The notes under the pieces were generated by a model. The model saw only the letters and a program-made list of their open reading frames with translations. It searched no databases and was not told the DNA's origin. This document shows positions 46,652 to 55,266 of a stretch of DNA of 64,000 bases, in pieces (the first letter of the stretch is position 1; each line of letters begins with the position of its first letter). The stretch is from Terriglobia bacterium. Lineage in GTDB: Bacteria > Acidobacteriota > Polarisedimenticolia > Polarisedimenticolales > JAIQFR01. The position numbers and the translations under genes are program-made. The DNA lies in contig CAVVHE010000008.1 in assembly GCA_963748015.1 (NCBI GenBank), forward strand, positions 160,001 to 224,000, in the 5' to 3' direction.

Positions 46652-49318
46652 ATGGATCAGAGCGAGATCGGCGAGCCCACGACCGGCCGCAAGCAGCGAT
46701 GGCTCCTCAAGGCGGAGAGCTTCAGCCGTCGCCGGTGGGGCGTCGTCTTCCTCATCACGGCGCTGGCGGTGACGGCGGCCTCGTGGCTCGGCTCGCGTCT
46801 CGAGCTCGAGTCCGACGTTCTCCAGCTGGTTCCGCGCGGCAACCGCAAGATCGACACTTTCAAGAGCGCGCTGCGCGATTTCGGCTCGATCGACTACCTC
46901 ATGGTCCTCCTCGAGGCGGGGGAGGGGGAGGGGCCCGACGAGCTCGAGGACTTCGCCGACGCGCTCGCCGAGAGGCTCCAGGAGCGGCGCGACCTCGTGC
47001 AGTTCGTCGAGTACCGGTTCCAGCCGGACGCCGGGTTCCTGAAGCTGTTCTCCGAGAACGCCCTGCTCTTCCTTCCTCCCGAGCAGCTCGGGGAGGTCGC
47101 GGCGAAGCTGAGCGACGAGGCGATCCTCCGGCAGTTCCGCGAGAACCGGCTGGCGCAGGCCTCGCCGACGGCGACCCTCGCGGAAGATCTCGTCCTGCAC
47201 GACCCGCTCGGCCTCATGCCGCTCTTCATCAACCGGCTGCTGGGCCACCGCGGGGCGCTCAAGATCGACCTCTCCGACGGCTATTACCTCGCTCGCGACG
47301 GCCGGAGCCTGATCCTGCTGGTCAAACCCACCGGCCACTCGCAGGACATGGACTTCAACCGGAGGCTGCTCGACGCGGTACGGGCCGACGAGGCGGAGAC
47401 GCGGGCGGAGATCGAGAGGGATGCCGGCCCTTCCGCGAAGCCGCCGGGGATCGTCGCGCGGTACAGCGGCAACCACGCCATGGCCCTCGAGGAGGCCGCC
47501 CTGGTCCGCCAGGACGTGAGGTTCAACCTCTTCGCCTCGCTCCTCGCGGTCTCCGGCCTCTACTGGCTTTGCTACCGGCGGTTCGCCGCGCTGCTCTACT
47601 CCACCGTGCCGCTCCTCGTCGGCCAGGCGCTCACCTTCGCGGTGGCGTTCTTCGCGTTCGGGAGGCTGAACTCGGCGTCGTCCTCGTTCACCGCGCTACT
47701 CATGGGGCTGGGCACCGACTTCACGATCGTGATGTACGCCCGCTACGTGGAGGAGCGGCAGCGCGGCGCGACGCTCGCGGAAGCCACGCAGCTGATGGTG
47801 GGAGAGACGGGCCTCGGCGTCTTCACCGGCGCGATCACCTCCGCCGGGACGTTCTACGCGCTCTGCATCAGCAGCTTCGGCGGCCTCTTCGACCTCGGCT
47901 TCCTGATCGGGACCGGAATCCTCCTCTGCGCGCTGGTGATCATCTTCCTCCTCCCGGCGATGATCGCCTGGAACGAGGGGGTCCGCTCCCGCCGCACGGA
48001 CGTCGTGGGGAAGCTCCACCTCCAGTCGTTCGGCGTCGAGCGCGTGATGCCGTTCTGCGCGCGCCATCGCGCGGCGACCATCGCGGTCATCGCGCTGCTG
48101 ACCGGCGCGTCGCTGGCGCTCGCCACCCGGCTCGACTTCGACGACAGCATCAAGGCGCTACGCAGCAACAACTCCGCGTCCACCCGCACGCTCGACGACA
48201 TCTCCGACCGGTTCGGCGCCTCCCTCTCGTACATGATGGCGATCGCCGAGGGGAAGACGGTGGACGAGGCGATGGCGAGGACGCAGAAGATCGACGAGCG
48301 CCTCGAGCCCTTCCTCCGCGACGGCACCATCGGCTCGGCGGAGTCGATCCTCTCGTACCTTCCCCCCGCGGCGCAGCAGGAGAAGGTCATCGAGGAGCTC
48401 AAGGCCGGCTCGCGGGACGCGTTCGATCCCCGGAGGATCGAGGGGACGTTCCTGCGGGCCCTCGAGGAGAGCGGTTTCCGCCGCGAGCCGTTCGCGGAAT
48501 ACCTCGACCGGATGCGCCGCTTCCTCACGCCGGGCCGGCCGATCACCGTGGAGGACCTGTCCCGGCAGGGGCTCGGGAGACTCGTGGACCGCTACGTGAA
48601 CCGCGGTCCCGACGGCGTGCGGATCGTGACGTATCTCTACCCGACGGAGCGGAAATGGAAGCGAGAGGCCCCCCCCGGCCTCGTCGATGCGCTCACCGCC
48701 GGCGACGACGGAATCGTGGTGACCGGCACGAACGTGGTGGGCCAGGAGATGCGGCGCGTGTTCTCCCGGGACGCCGTTCGGGCCGTCCTGCTCGGCCTCG
48801 TCCTGGTCGGAGCCCTCCTCCTCATGGACTTCTACACGCTCGCCGGGATCGCGCAGCCCGGCTGTCCCTCGAGGCAGGACGCTCCGGGAAGCCGGCCCGG
48901 CGGCGCCCGGCTGCTGCGGAGCCTGCGCCTGACCGCGGTCGCGATGCTGCAGCTGCTGACCGGGGTGGTCATGATGTTCGGGCTCATGCGGCTCTCGGGG
49001 ATTCCGATCAACTACGTCAACGCCTTCGTGGCGACGATGATCCTCGGTGTGGGCATCGACTACAGCATCCACCTCGTGAACCGCATGAATCTGAGCGGCG
49101 GGGTCGTGGACGAGGGGCTCCTCGAGACCGGCAAGGCGGTGGTCATGGCGGCGATGACCAACGTCGCAGGCTTCGGCACCCTCATGCTAGGCAATTACCC
49201 CGCGCTCAGGAGCCTGGGCACCGTCGCGCTGTTCGGCTCGGTCACCTGCCTCTTCACCTCGCTCACGCTGGTCCCCGCACTGATGGCCCGGCGAGATCGT
49301 GAAGATCGGGTAGGATAG
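46652..49318 (+). CDS. MMPL/RND family lipid transporter
   Basis: Two repeated halves with GLGTDF and GVGIDY TM4/TM10 motifs. Confidence 0.9.
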   Translation: MDQSEIGEPTTGRKQRWLLKAESFSRRRWGVVFLITALAVTAASWLGSRLELESDVLQLVPRGNRKIDTFKSALRDFGSIDYLMVLLEAGEGEGPDELEDFADALAERLQERRDLVQFVEYRFQPDAGFLKLFSENALLFLPPEQLGEVAAKLSDEAILRQFRENRLAQASPTATLAEDLVLHDPLGLMPLFINRLLGHRGALKIDLSDGYYLARDGRSLILLVKPTGHSQDMDFNRRLLDAVRADEAETRAEIERDAGPSAKPPGIVARYSGNHAMALEEAALVRQDVRFNLFASLLAVSGLYWLCYRRFAALLYSTVPLLVGQALTFAVAFFAFGRLNSASSSFTALLMGLGTDFTIVMYARYVEERQRGATLAEATQLMVGETGLGVFTGAITSAGTFYALCISSFGGLFDLGFLIGTGILLCALVIIFLLPAMIAWNEGVRSRRTDVVGKLHLQSFGVERVMPFCARHRAATIAVIALLTGASLALATRLDFDDSIKALRSNNSASTRTLDDISDRFGASLSYMMAIAEGKTVDEAMARTQKIDERLEPFLRDGTIGSAESILSYLPPAAQQEKVIEELKAGSRDAFDPRRIEGTFLRALEESGFRREPFAEYLDRMRRFLTPGRPITVEDLSRQGLGRLVDRYVNRGPDGVRIVTYLYPTERKWKREAPPGLVDALTAGDDGIVVTGTNVVGQEMRRVFSRDAVRAVLLGLVLVGALLLMDFYTLAGIAQPGCPSRQDAPGSRPGGARLLRSLRLTAVAMLQLLTGVVMMFGLMRLSGIPINYVNAFVATMILGVGIDYSIHLVNRMNLSGGVVDEGLLETGKAVVMAAMTNVAGFGTLMLGNYPALRSLGTVALFGSVTCLFTSLTLVPALMARRDREDRVG

Positions 49319-49322
49319 CCGG

Positions 49323-51380
49323 ATGCCCGAACAGGACAGCTCGTCGGCACTGTTCGAGTCCGCGACCGAGGAAACTGTCCTCGACTACGGCCTCGGAAGG
49401 ACCGGCCCCGCTCAGGTCACCCGGCTCCGCGTGCTCGGAAGAGGGCGGGCGGCCAACGCGATCCTCGTGGACCTCCGCACCCCGGAAGGAAGCCGCAAGG
49501 TCGTCGAGAAGCACTTCGACCCGGCCGGGCTCACGAGGGGGGTCTACAAGCTCTTCTTCGGCGCGCCGTTCCCCTACGGGATCAACCAGGACTCCGCCCT
49601 TGCCTGCCTTTACCGCCGGCACGTCGCGGGCGCCTTGCTCGCCGCCGAGGAGGGGTGCAAGGTCGCCGAGGCGCTCTACGTGAGGCGGTGCCAGGCGGGG
49701 CACTGGGCCCTCGGCACGGAGTGGATCGAGGGGCGGCCCGTCGCCCCGCCGAAGCCCAGAGAGGGGCCGGAAGGCGGCGGAGCGCCCGGCGAGATGCACG
49801 GCCTCCTGCGCCAGATGCGGGCGATGGAGAAGTGCCTGATCCGGTCCGGGCTCGTCGGCAGCGGCTGGCAGGTAGCCACGGCGGCGATCGTGTCCACGGC
49901 GAACCTGTTGCGCGACGGCGGCGGCCGGTTCGTCTGCGTGGACCTCGAGTCGGGGATACCCGCGGTGCTCGCCCCCCGCTACGTGCTGATGGCGCTCTCC
50001 GGGCAGCCCTTCCCGATGTTCGACGACCTCGACGAGAAGCGGCTCCGCAAGTACCTCGACGCGCACCGGGATCGCCTGCGCGAGAGCCTGGGGGACGACG
50101 GCGTCGCTTCGCTCGACGCCTCCGCCGAGCGCTTGATCCACCACAGCCGCCTCTGGAAGCGGACCGAGATGGCGCCGGGGCGCCATCGCTCGGCACTCCT
50201 CTTCGACCGCGATCTCAGGAACACCGTGCGCACCGCCCTCGCCGAGCGCTGGCGCGACGAGCGCCGCCTGGACGAGGCGGCGGCCGAGCGCCTCCGGCGT
50301 TCGCGGCTCCTCTTCCTGAACCCCCTCGTGATGCTCGGGATGGTGCCGACCCCCGTCGGGAAGCTGTTCCACCGCCTCGCGGGGAACCGGGAGTTTCGCG
50401 CTCGCTTCTTCCGCGCGCTCGTCCATCCCGGCGTGCTCGACGCCGAGATTCGCGCGTACCAGAAGCGCCGCGCCGCGGCGTTCCTGAGGGAGCAGCGGAT
50501 TCCCGCCCGCGGCATCGACCGCCTGACGCACGGCCTGATCTCGCTGTTCCCGTTCCTGGTCCACAACACGTGCGCGGCGATCCTCCCGCCCCGGTTCCAC
50601 CGCTACCTGTCCGATTGGGGAGAGCTGGGCGCGGCGATGAAGTTCGCGGTGCTCGCCCTCTTCTCGGAGAGGATCCAGGAGCACCTGGCCTACTCGTTCG
50701 TCGAGGGGGCCGCGCGGAAGTGGAAGGGGCTCGGCCGGCTCGACGAGGCGGGGCGAGAGGCTCTGATCGGGGAGATACGCGGGCGCGAGGCGTCGGAGTA
50801 CGCGCGGGGCTTCGGGATGCACCTTGCGCTCAAGTTCTTCGAGCCGGTGACGAGCGGGCTCAAGGCGATCGGCGTCGGGATGCTCCTCGTGTCGCCCTAC
50901 AACCCGGTCGGGTGGGCCCTCATCGTCAACACGTCCTTCTTCCGCGTGATGATCACCGCCTACCGCTGGTTCCGTGGGCGCGGCACCGGCACCTCGTACG
51001 CGGTGGCGTTCGTGATCAGCCCGATCCCCGTCTTCGGGACGCTGGCTTTCCCGTTCCAGTTCTATCACCGCAGGCCGTGGCTCGGGCGTTTCCTGATCCG
51101 CAGCTCGATGTCCACCGTGGCCGGGGCGGTCCCCATCTACGGGGGGACCGCGACCCGCCTCGAGCACGGGCTGGTCCGGCTCGCGACCCCGCTGACCGCG
51201 ATCGTCGCGACGATCGTCTGGCCGCTCAAGTGGCTCGGGAGAAAGGGGCCCTCCGTGTTGGCCGAAGAGCACGATGCCCCGCCACCGAACCGTGGCGGCC
51301 TCCTCGGGTCGCAGATCGACCGCGCGATCGAGTGGATGTCCCGAACGGAGGACCGGCCGGATCCCTGTCTCAAGGCCTGA
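49323..51380 (+). CDS. Hypothetical membrane-associated protein with possible kinase-like N-terminus
   Basis: 685-aa ORF with host-like codon usage, 4 bp after MMPL. C-terminal hydrophobic segments. Confidence 0.65.
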   Translation: MPEQDSSSALFESATEETVLDYGLGRTGPAQVTRLRVLGRGRAANAILVDLRTPEGSRKVVEKHFDPAGLTRGVYKLFFGAPFPYGINQDSALACLYRRHVAGALLAAEEGCKVAEALYVRRCQAGHWALGTEWIEGRPVAPPKPREGPEGGGAPGEMHGLLRQMRAMEKCLIRSGLVGSGWQVATAAIVSTANLLRDGGGRFVCVDLESGIPAVLAPRYVLMALSGQPFPMFDDLDEKRLRKYLDAHRDRLRESLGDDGVASLDASAERLIHHSRLWKRTEMAPGRHRSALLFDRDLRNTVRTALAERWRDERRLDEAAAERLRRSRLLFLNPLVMLGMVPTPVGKLFHRLAGNREFRARFFRALVHPGVLDAEIRAYQKRRAAAFLREQRIPARGIDRLTHGLISLFPFLVHNTCAAILPPRFHRYLSDWGELGAAMKFAVLALFSERIQEHLAYSFVEGAARKWKGLGRLDEAGREALIGEIRGREASEYARGFGMHLALKFFEPVTSGLKAIGVGMLLVSPYNPVGWALIVNTSFFRVMITAYRWFRGRGTGTSYAVAFVISPIPVFGTLAFPFQFYHRRPWLGRFLIRSSMSTVAGAVPIYGGTATRLEHGLVRLATPLTAIVATIVWPLKWLGRKGPSVLAEEHDAPPPNRGGLLGSQIDRAIEWMSRTEDRPDPCLKA

Positions 51381-51392
51381 ACGACGCCCCGC

Positions 51393-51412
51393 TTGTTACA
51401 TTCTCGTGACAA
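51393..51412 (+). promoter_or_regulatory. Pho-box-like operator upstream of DUF47-pit
   Basis: GTTACA-N5-GTGACA (11-bp period). Also a near-palindrome, TTGTTAC-N6-GTGACAA. Confidence 0.55.
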
Positions 51413-51451
51413 TGGTAAAACGCCCCTCTCGGCAAGGGAGGACCATCGGTC

Positions 51452-52084
51452 ATGCGCTTCATTCCAAGGAAGGTAGAGTTCTACACGCTCCTCGAGCAGC
51501 AGGCCGAGAACACGCTGAAGGGAGCCCGCCTCCTCCAGAAGTGCTTCGAGGAGTTCGACGCCGAGGGCGGGGTCTACCTCGCCGCCAAGGAGATCCACGA
51601 CGTCGAGCACGCGGGCGACGACCTCGTCCACAAGACCCTCGACCTCCTGAACCGGACCTTCATCACTCCCCTCGACCGCGAGGACATCTACGCCCTGACG
51701 GGGCGTCTCGACGACGTGCTGGACTTCGTGGACCAGGTGGCGAAGAGGCTCGTGACGTTCCAGATCCAGAAGCCGACGCCGCACGCCATCGAGCTGAGCC
51801 GGATCATCACCCGGGCGGCGGAAGAGGTCGTCAAGGGCGTGCGGATGCTCCGCAACCTGAAGGACGGAGAGGTGCTCCTCAAGCAGTGCGTCCGCATCAA
51901 CCAGCTCGAGGAGGACGCCGACCAGGTCGCCCGGGACGCCCTGACCATGCTCTTCAAGGACCACAGCAACGACCCGATGGAAGTCATCAAGTGGAAGGAC
52001 CTCTACGAGCACCTCGAGGTGGCGACCGACAAGGCCGAAGACGTCGCCAACGTCCTCGAGACCGTTCTCGTGAAGTACACGTAG
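51452..52084 (+). CDS. DUF47 phosphate transport regulator (PhoU-like)
   Basis: EHAGD, TFITPLDREDI, LEEDAD, TDKAEDVA. Confidence 0.93.
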   Translation: MRFIPRKVEFYTLLEQQAENTLKGARLLQKCFEEFDAEGGVYLAAKEIHDVEHAGDDLVHKTLDLLNRTFITPLDREDIYALTGRLDDVLDFVDQVAKRLVTFQIQKPTPHAIELSRIITRAAEEVVKGVRMLRNLKDGEVLLKQCVRINQLEEDADQVARDALTMLFKDHSNDPMEVIKWKDLYEHLEVATDKAEDVANVLETVLVKYT

Positions 52085-52130
52085 GCCCAATCCACCGGCC
52101 GAGACGGACGCGAGCCCCTGGAGCCGCCGA

Positions 52131-53192
52131 GTGTTCTCCCAATTTCTTCAAGATCTGGCGCTGATCGCGTCCAACCCGTACATCCTGTTGATCGTCCTGA
52201 TCGCGCTGGCGTTCGATTTCGTCAACGGCTTCCACGACGCCGCCAACTCGATCGCCACGATCGTCGGGACCCGGGTCCTTTCCCCGGCCTACGCCGTGAT
52301 CTGGGCGGCCTGGTGGAACTTCGCCGCCGCCTGGTTCTTCGGGGTGTACGTGGCGAACACGGTGGCCAAGTGGGTCTATCCCGAGTTCGTCAACCCGGAG
52401 GTGATCCTCGCAGGCCTTCTCGGCGCGGTCGCCTGGGACCTGATCACCTGGCACTGGGGGCTGCCGACGAGCTCGTCCCACGCGCTGCTCGGCGGATTCG
52501 GCGGCGCCGCGATGGCCTACGCGGGCAAGTCGGAAGGGGTGATGCACGCGGGCAAGGTGATCGCCACCGTGGAGTTCATCGTCATCGCGCCCCTGATCGG
52601 CTTCGCGCTCGCCCTCCTGTTCGTGACGATTCTGATCCGCGTGCTCTGGAAGGCCACGTCGGCGGGGGTAGACAAGTACTTCCGCGGGATCCAACTCGTG
52701 TCCGCGGCGGCGTACAGCCTCGGCCACGGGACGAACGATGCCCAGAAGACCATGGGGATCATCGCCGCGCTCCTCTACGCAAGCGTCTGGAAGGGGCAGC
52801 AGTCCTCTTTCGAGCGCGGGAACATCGAGTTCCCTTTCTGGATCGTTCTCGTCTGCCATCTCGCGATCGCCCTCGGCACCATGGCCGGGGGATGGCGGAT
52901 CGTCAAGACGATGGGGATGAAGATCACCAAGCTGAAGCCTTACGGCGGGGCCTGCGCGGAGACCGCCGCGGCCGTCTCGCTGTTCATGTCGGCGAAGCTC
53001 GGAATCCCCGTCAGCACGACCCACACCATCACGGGAGCGATCATCGGCGTCGGCGCCGTCCAGCGACTCTCCGCGGTTCGCTGGGGGATCGCCCGCCGCG
53101 TGATCTGGGCCTGGGTGTTCACGATCCCCGCATCGGGCGCGATGGGGGCGCTCGGCTACTGGGCCATCGCCGCGATCCGCTCGCGTTTCTGA
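52131..53192 (+). CDS. pit: Inorganic phosphate transporter, PiT family
   Basis: GFHDAANS, PTSSSHA, HGTNDAQK, PVSTTH. Confidence 0.95.
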   Translation: MFSQFLQDLALIASNPYILLIVLIALAFDFVNGFHDAANSIATIVGTRVLSPAYAVIWAAWWNFAAAWFFGVYVANTVAKWVYPEFVNPEVILAGLLGAVAWDLITWHWGLPTSSSHALLGGFGGAAMAYAGKSEGVMHAGKVIATVEFIVIAPLIGFALALLFVTILIRVLWKATSAGVDKYFRGIQLVSAAAYSLGHGTNDAQKTMGIIAALLYASVWKGQQSSFERGNIEFPFWIVLVCHLAIALGTMAGGWRIVKTMGMKITKLKPYGGACAETAAAVSLFMSAKLGIPVSTTHTITGAIIGVGAVQRLSAVRWGIARRVIWAWVFTIPASGAMGALGYWAIAAIRSRF

Positions 53193-53238
53193 CGGCGGTC
53201 CGGGCGGGTTGCCGGCGCCTCTCGCCCCGGAGGCGACC

Positions 53239-54735
53239 ATGAACGACGGAAAAGAGCCCACCCCCGCGCAGCTCGGACTCGGCGACATGGACCCGGGCGA
53301 GTTCCGCGCGGCAGCCCACCGCGTGGCCGACCTGGTCGCGGACTACCTCGAGGGAATCGGCTCGCGTCCCGTCTTTCCGGCCGTGAAACCCGGGGAGGTC
53401 CGAAGCGCGCTCCCGCAGGCGCCGCCCCTGGAGCCGGAGCCGCTGGACGCGATCCTGGCCGACTACCTGCGCCTGATCGAGCCGAACCTCACGCACTGGC
53501 AGCACCCGGGCTTCATGGCCTACTTCACGAGCGTCGCGTCGGGGCCGGGGATCCTGGGCGAGTGGATCGCCGCCAGCCTCAACTCGAACGTGATGTTCTG
53601 GAGGGTCTCGCCGGCGTCCACCGAGCTCGAGCAGACGGTGGTCGGCTGGCTCCGGCAGATGCTCGGGCTGCCCGGCGAGTTCGACGGGATGTTCATGGAC
53701 ACGGCGTCCATGTCCACGCTGACCTCGGTGCTCGCCGCGCGGCACGTCCTCCCCGGGCTCGACGCGCGGGACGAGGGGCTGGCGGGACGGCCGGGGACGG
53801 GCCGTCTCCGCCTCTACTGCTCCACCGAGACGCACTCCTCGATCGAGAAGGCGGCGATCGCGGCGGGGGTGGGGCGCGCGGGGGTGAGGAAGATCCCTGT
53901 GGACGGCGAGTTCCGCATGCGCGCCGACCTGTTGGGGAGCGCGATCGCCGAGGACCGCGCGGCCGGGTGGTGGCCGTTCTGCGCCGTCGCCACGCTCGGC
54001 ACGACGTCGTCCACCAGCGTCGATCCGGCGGCCGAGATCGCGTCGATCTGCGAGCGGGAGCGCATCTGGCTCCACGTGGACGCGGCCTACGGCGGCGCCG
54101 CGGCGCTCGTTCCGGAGATGCGGCCGCTGTTCTCGGGGTGGGAGCGCGCGGATTCCATCGTGGTCAACCCGCACAAGTGGATGTTCACGCCGTTCGACGC
54201 GTCCCTCCTCCTGTTCCGCCGGCCGGACGTGTACCGCGAGGCGTTCCGCATCGTCCCCGAGTACCTGCGCACCCCCGAGGGGGAGAGCGCGCGCAACTTC
54301 AACGAGTACGGGATCCAGCTCGGCCGCCGCTTCCGCGCGCTGAAGATGTGGATGCACGTTCGCTGGTTCGGCGCGGACGGGATGGCGAGGCGGATCCGCG
54401 AGCACTGCCGGCAGGCCCGCGAGCTGGCCTCGTGGGTCGACGCCGACCCGGACTGGGAGCGGCTCGCCCCAGTACCGTTTTCGACCGTCTGTCTGCGTTA
54501 CCGTCCGCAGGCCACCGTCACGGGCGGGGGAGGACCGGACGCCGAGGCGCGCCTCGAGGCGCTGAACGAGGCGATCCTCGAGCGGGTGAACCGCTCCGGC
54601 AAGATCTTCCTCTCGCACACGAAGCTCGCCGGCCGCTACACGATCCGAGTCACCCTCGGCAACCCGCGCTCGAGCGCCGGCCACGTCCGCCTCTGCTGGG
54701 ATCTCCTCCGCGACGCCGCCCGGTCCGTCCGCTAA
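53239..54735 (+). CDS. PLP-dependent aromatic-L-amino-acid decarboxylase family protein
   Basis: THWQHPGFMAYF, SPASTELE, HVDAAY, NPHKW. Confidence 0.92.
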   Translation: MNDGKEPTPAQLGLGDMDPGEFRAAAHRVADLVADYLEGIGSRPVFPAVKPGEVRSALPQAPPLEPEPLDAILADYLRLIEPNLTHWQHPGFMAYFTSVASGPGILGEWIAASLNSNVMFWRVSPASTELEQTVVGWLRQMLGLPGEFDGMFMDTASMSTLTSVLAARHVLPGLDARDEGLAGRPGTGRLRLYCSTETHSSIEKAAIAAGVGRAGVRKIPVDGEFRMRADLLGSAIAEDRAAGWWPFCAVATLGTTSSTSVDPAAEIASICERERIWLHVDAAYGGAAALVPEMRPLFSGWERADSIVVNPHKWMFTPFDASLLLFRRPDVYREAFRIVPEYLRTPEGESARNFNEYGIQLGRRFRALKMWMHVRWFGADGMARRIREHCRQARELASWVDADPDWERLAPVPFSTVCLRYRPQATVTGGGGPDAEARLEALNEAILERVNRSGKIFLSHTKLAGRYTIRVTLGNPRSSAGHVRLCWDLLRDAARSVR

Positions 54736-54765
54736 CCACTCGTCCTCGCGCGGCTACGTCCCCGT

Positions 54766-54957
54766 CGCGGTTCACGCGGGTGGGGTCCCTCGCGGCGACG
54801 ATGCCCGAGGCGACGGGGACCCCTGCACGGCCGCGCGAAGGGTCGAGCGCGATGGCGCTAGGATCTGCGCCATCGCGCTTGCTCGACCCTTTGCGCGGCC
54901 GATGCGGGTCGTCGCCGAGGGATGTCGCCGCGAGGGACCCCACCCGCGTGAACCGCG
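54766..54957. repeat. 192-bp rod-like palindromic element, copy 2
   Basis: Perfect 34-bp arms (54766-54799 / 54924-54957). Core is the reverse complement of the copy 1 core. Confidence 0.92.
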
Positions 54958-54988
54958 GCCGCCAACCACGATCGAGTAACGGCGAGGG

Positions 54989-55252
54989 TCAGCGAGACGA
55001 GCCGGGCGATTTCGGGGTGCCGGGGAAGAATCGAGCGAGGGCGAGCGCGATCAGCGTCCAGGCGAAGATCGCGACGCCCAGGCCGAGGCCGTAGGTAATG
55101 AAGAACCCGTGGGCCGTGCTGCGGTTGAAGTCCGTGATCACCGCGGGCGGGACGGTCTTGTTGAAGAGCCCGAAGAACCACTGGGCCGCGATCAGGCCCA
55201 GGACGACGCTTCCCAGGGCGGCCAGCACGATCCCGATCAGTCGCTTCGACAT
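54989..55252 (-). CDS. Small two-TM hypothetical membrane protein
   Basis: MSKRLIGIVLAALG...; SD GAGGAGG. Follows the E1 gene. Confidence 0.75.
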   Translation of the reverse strand: MSKRLIGIVLAALGSVVLGLIAAQWFFGLFNKTVPPAVITDFNRSTAHGFFITYGLGLGVAIFAWTLIALALARFFPGTPKSPGSSR

Positions 55253-55266
55253 GCGGTCCTCCTCGT

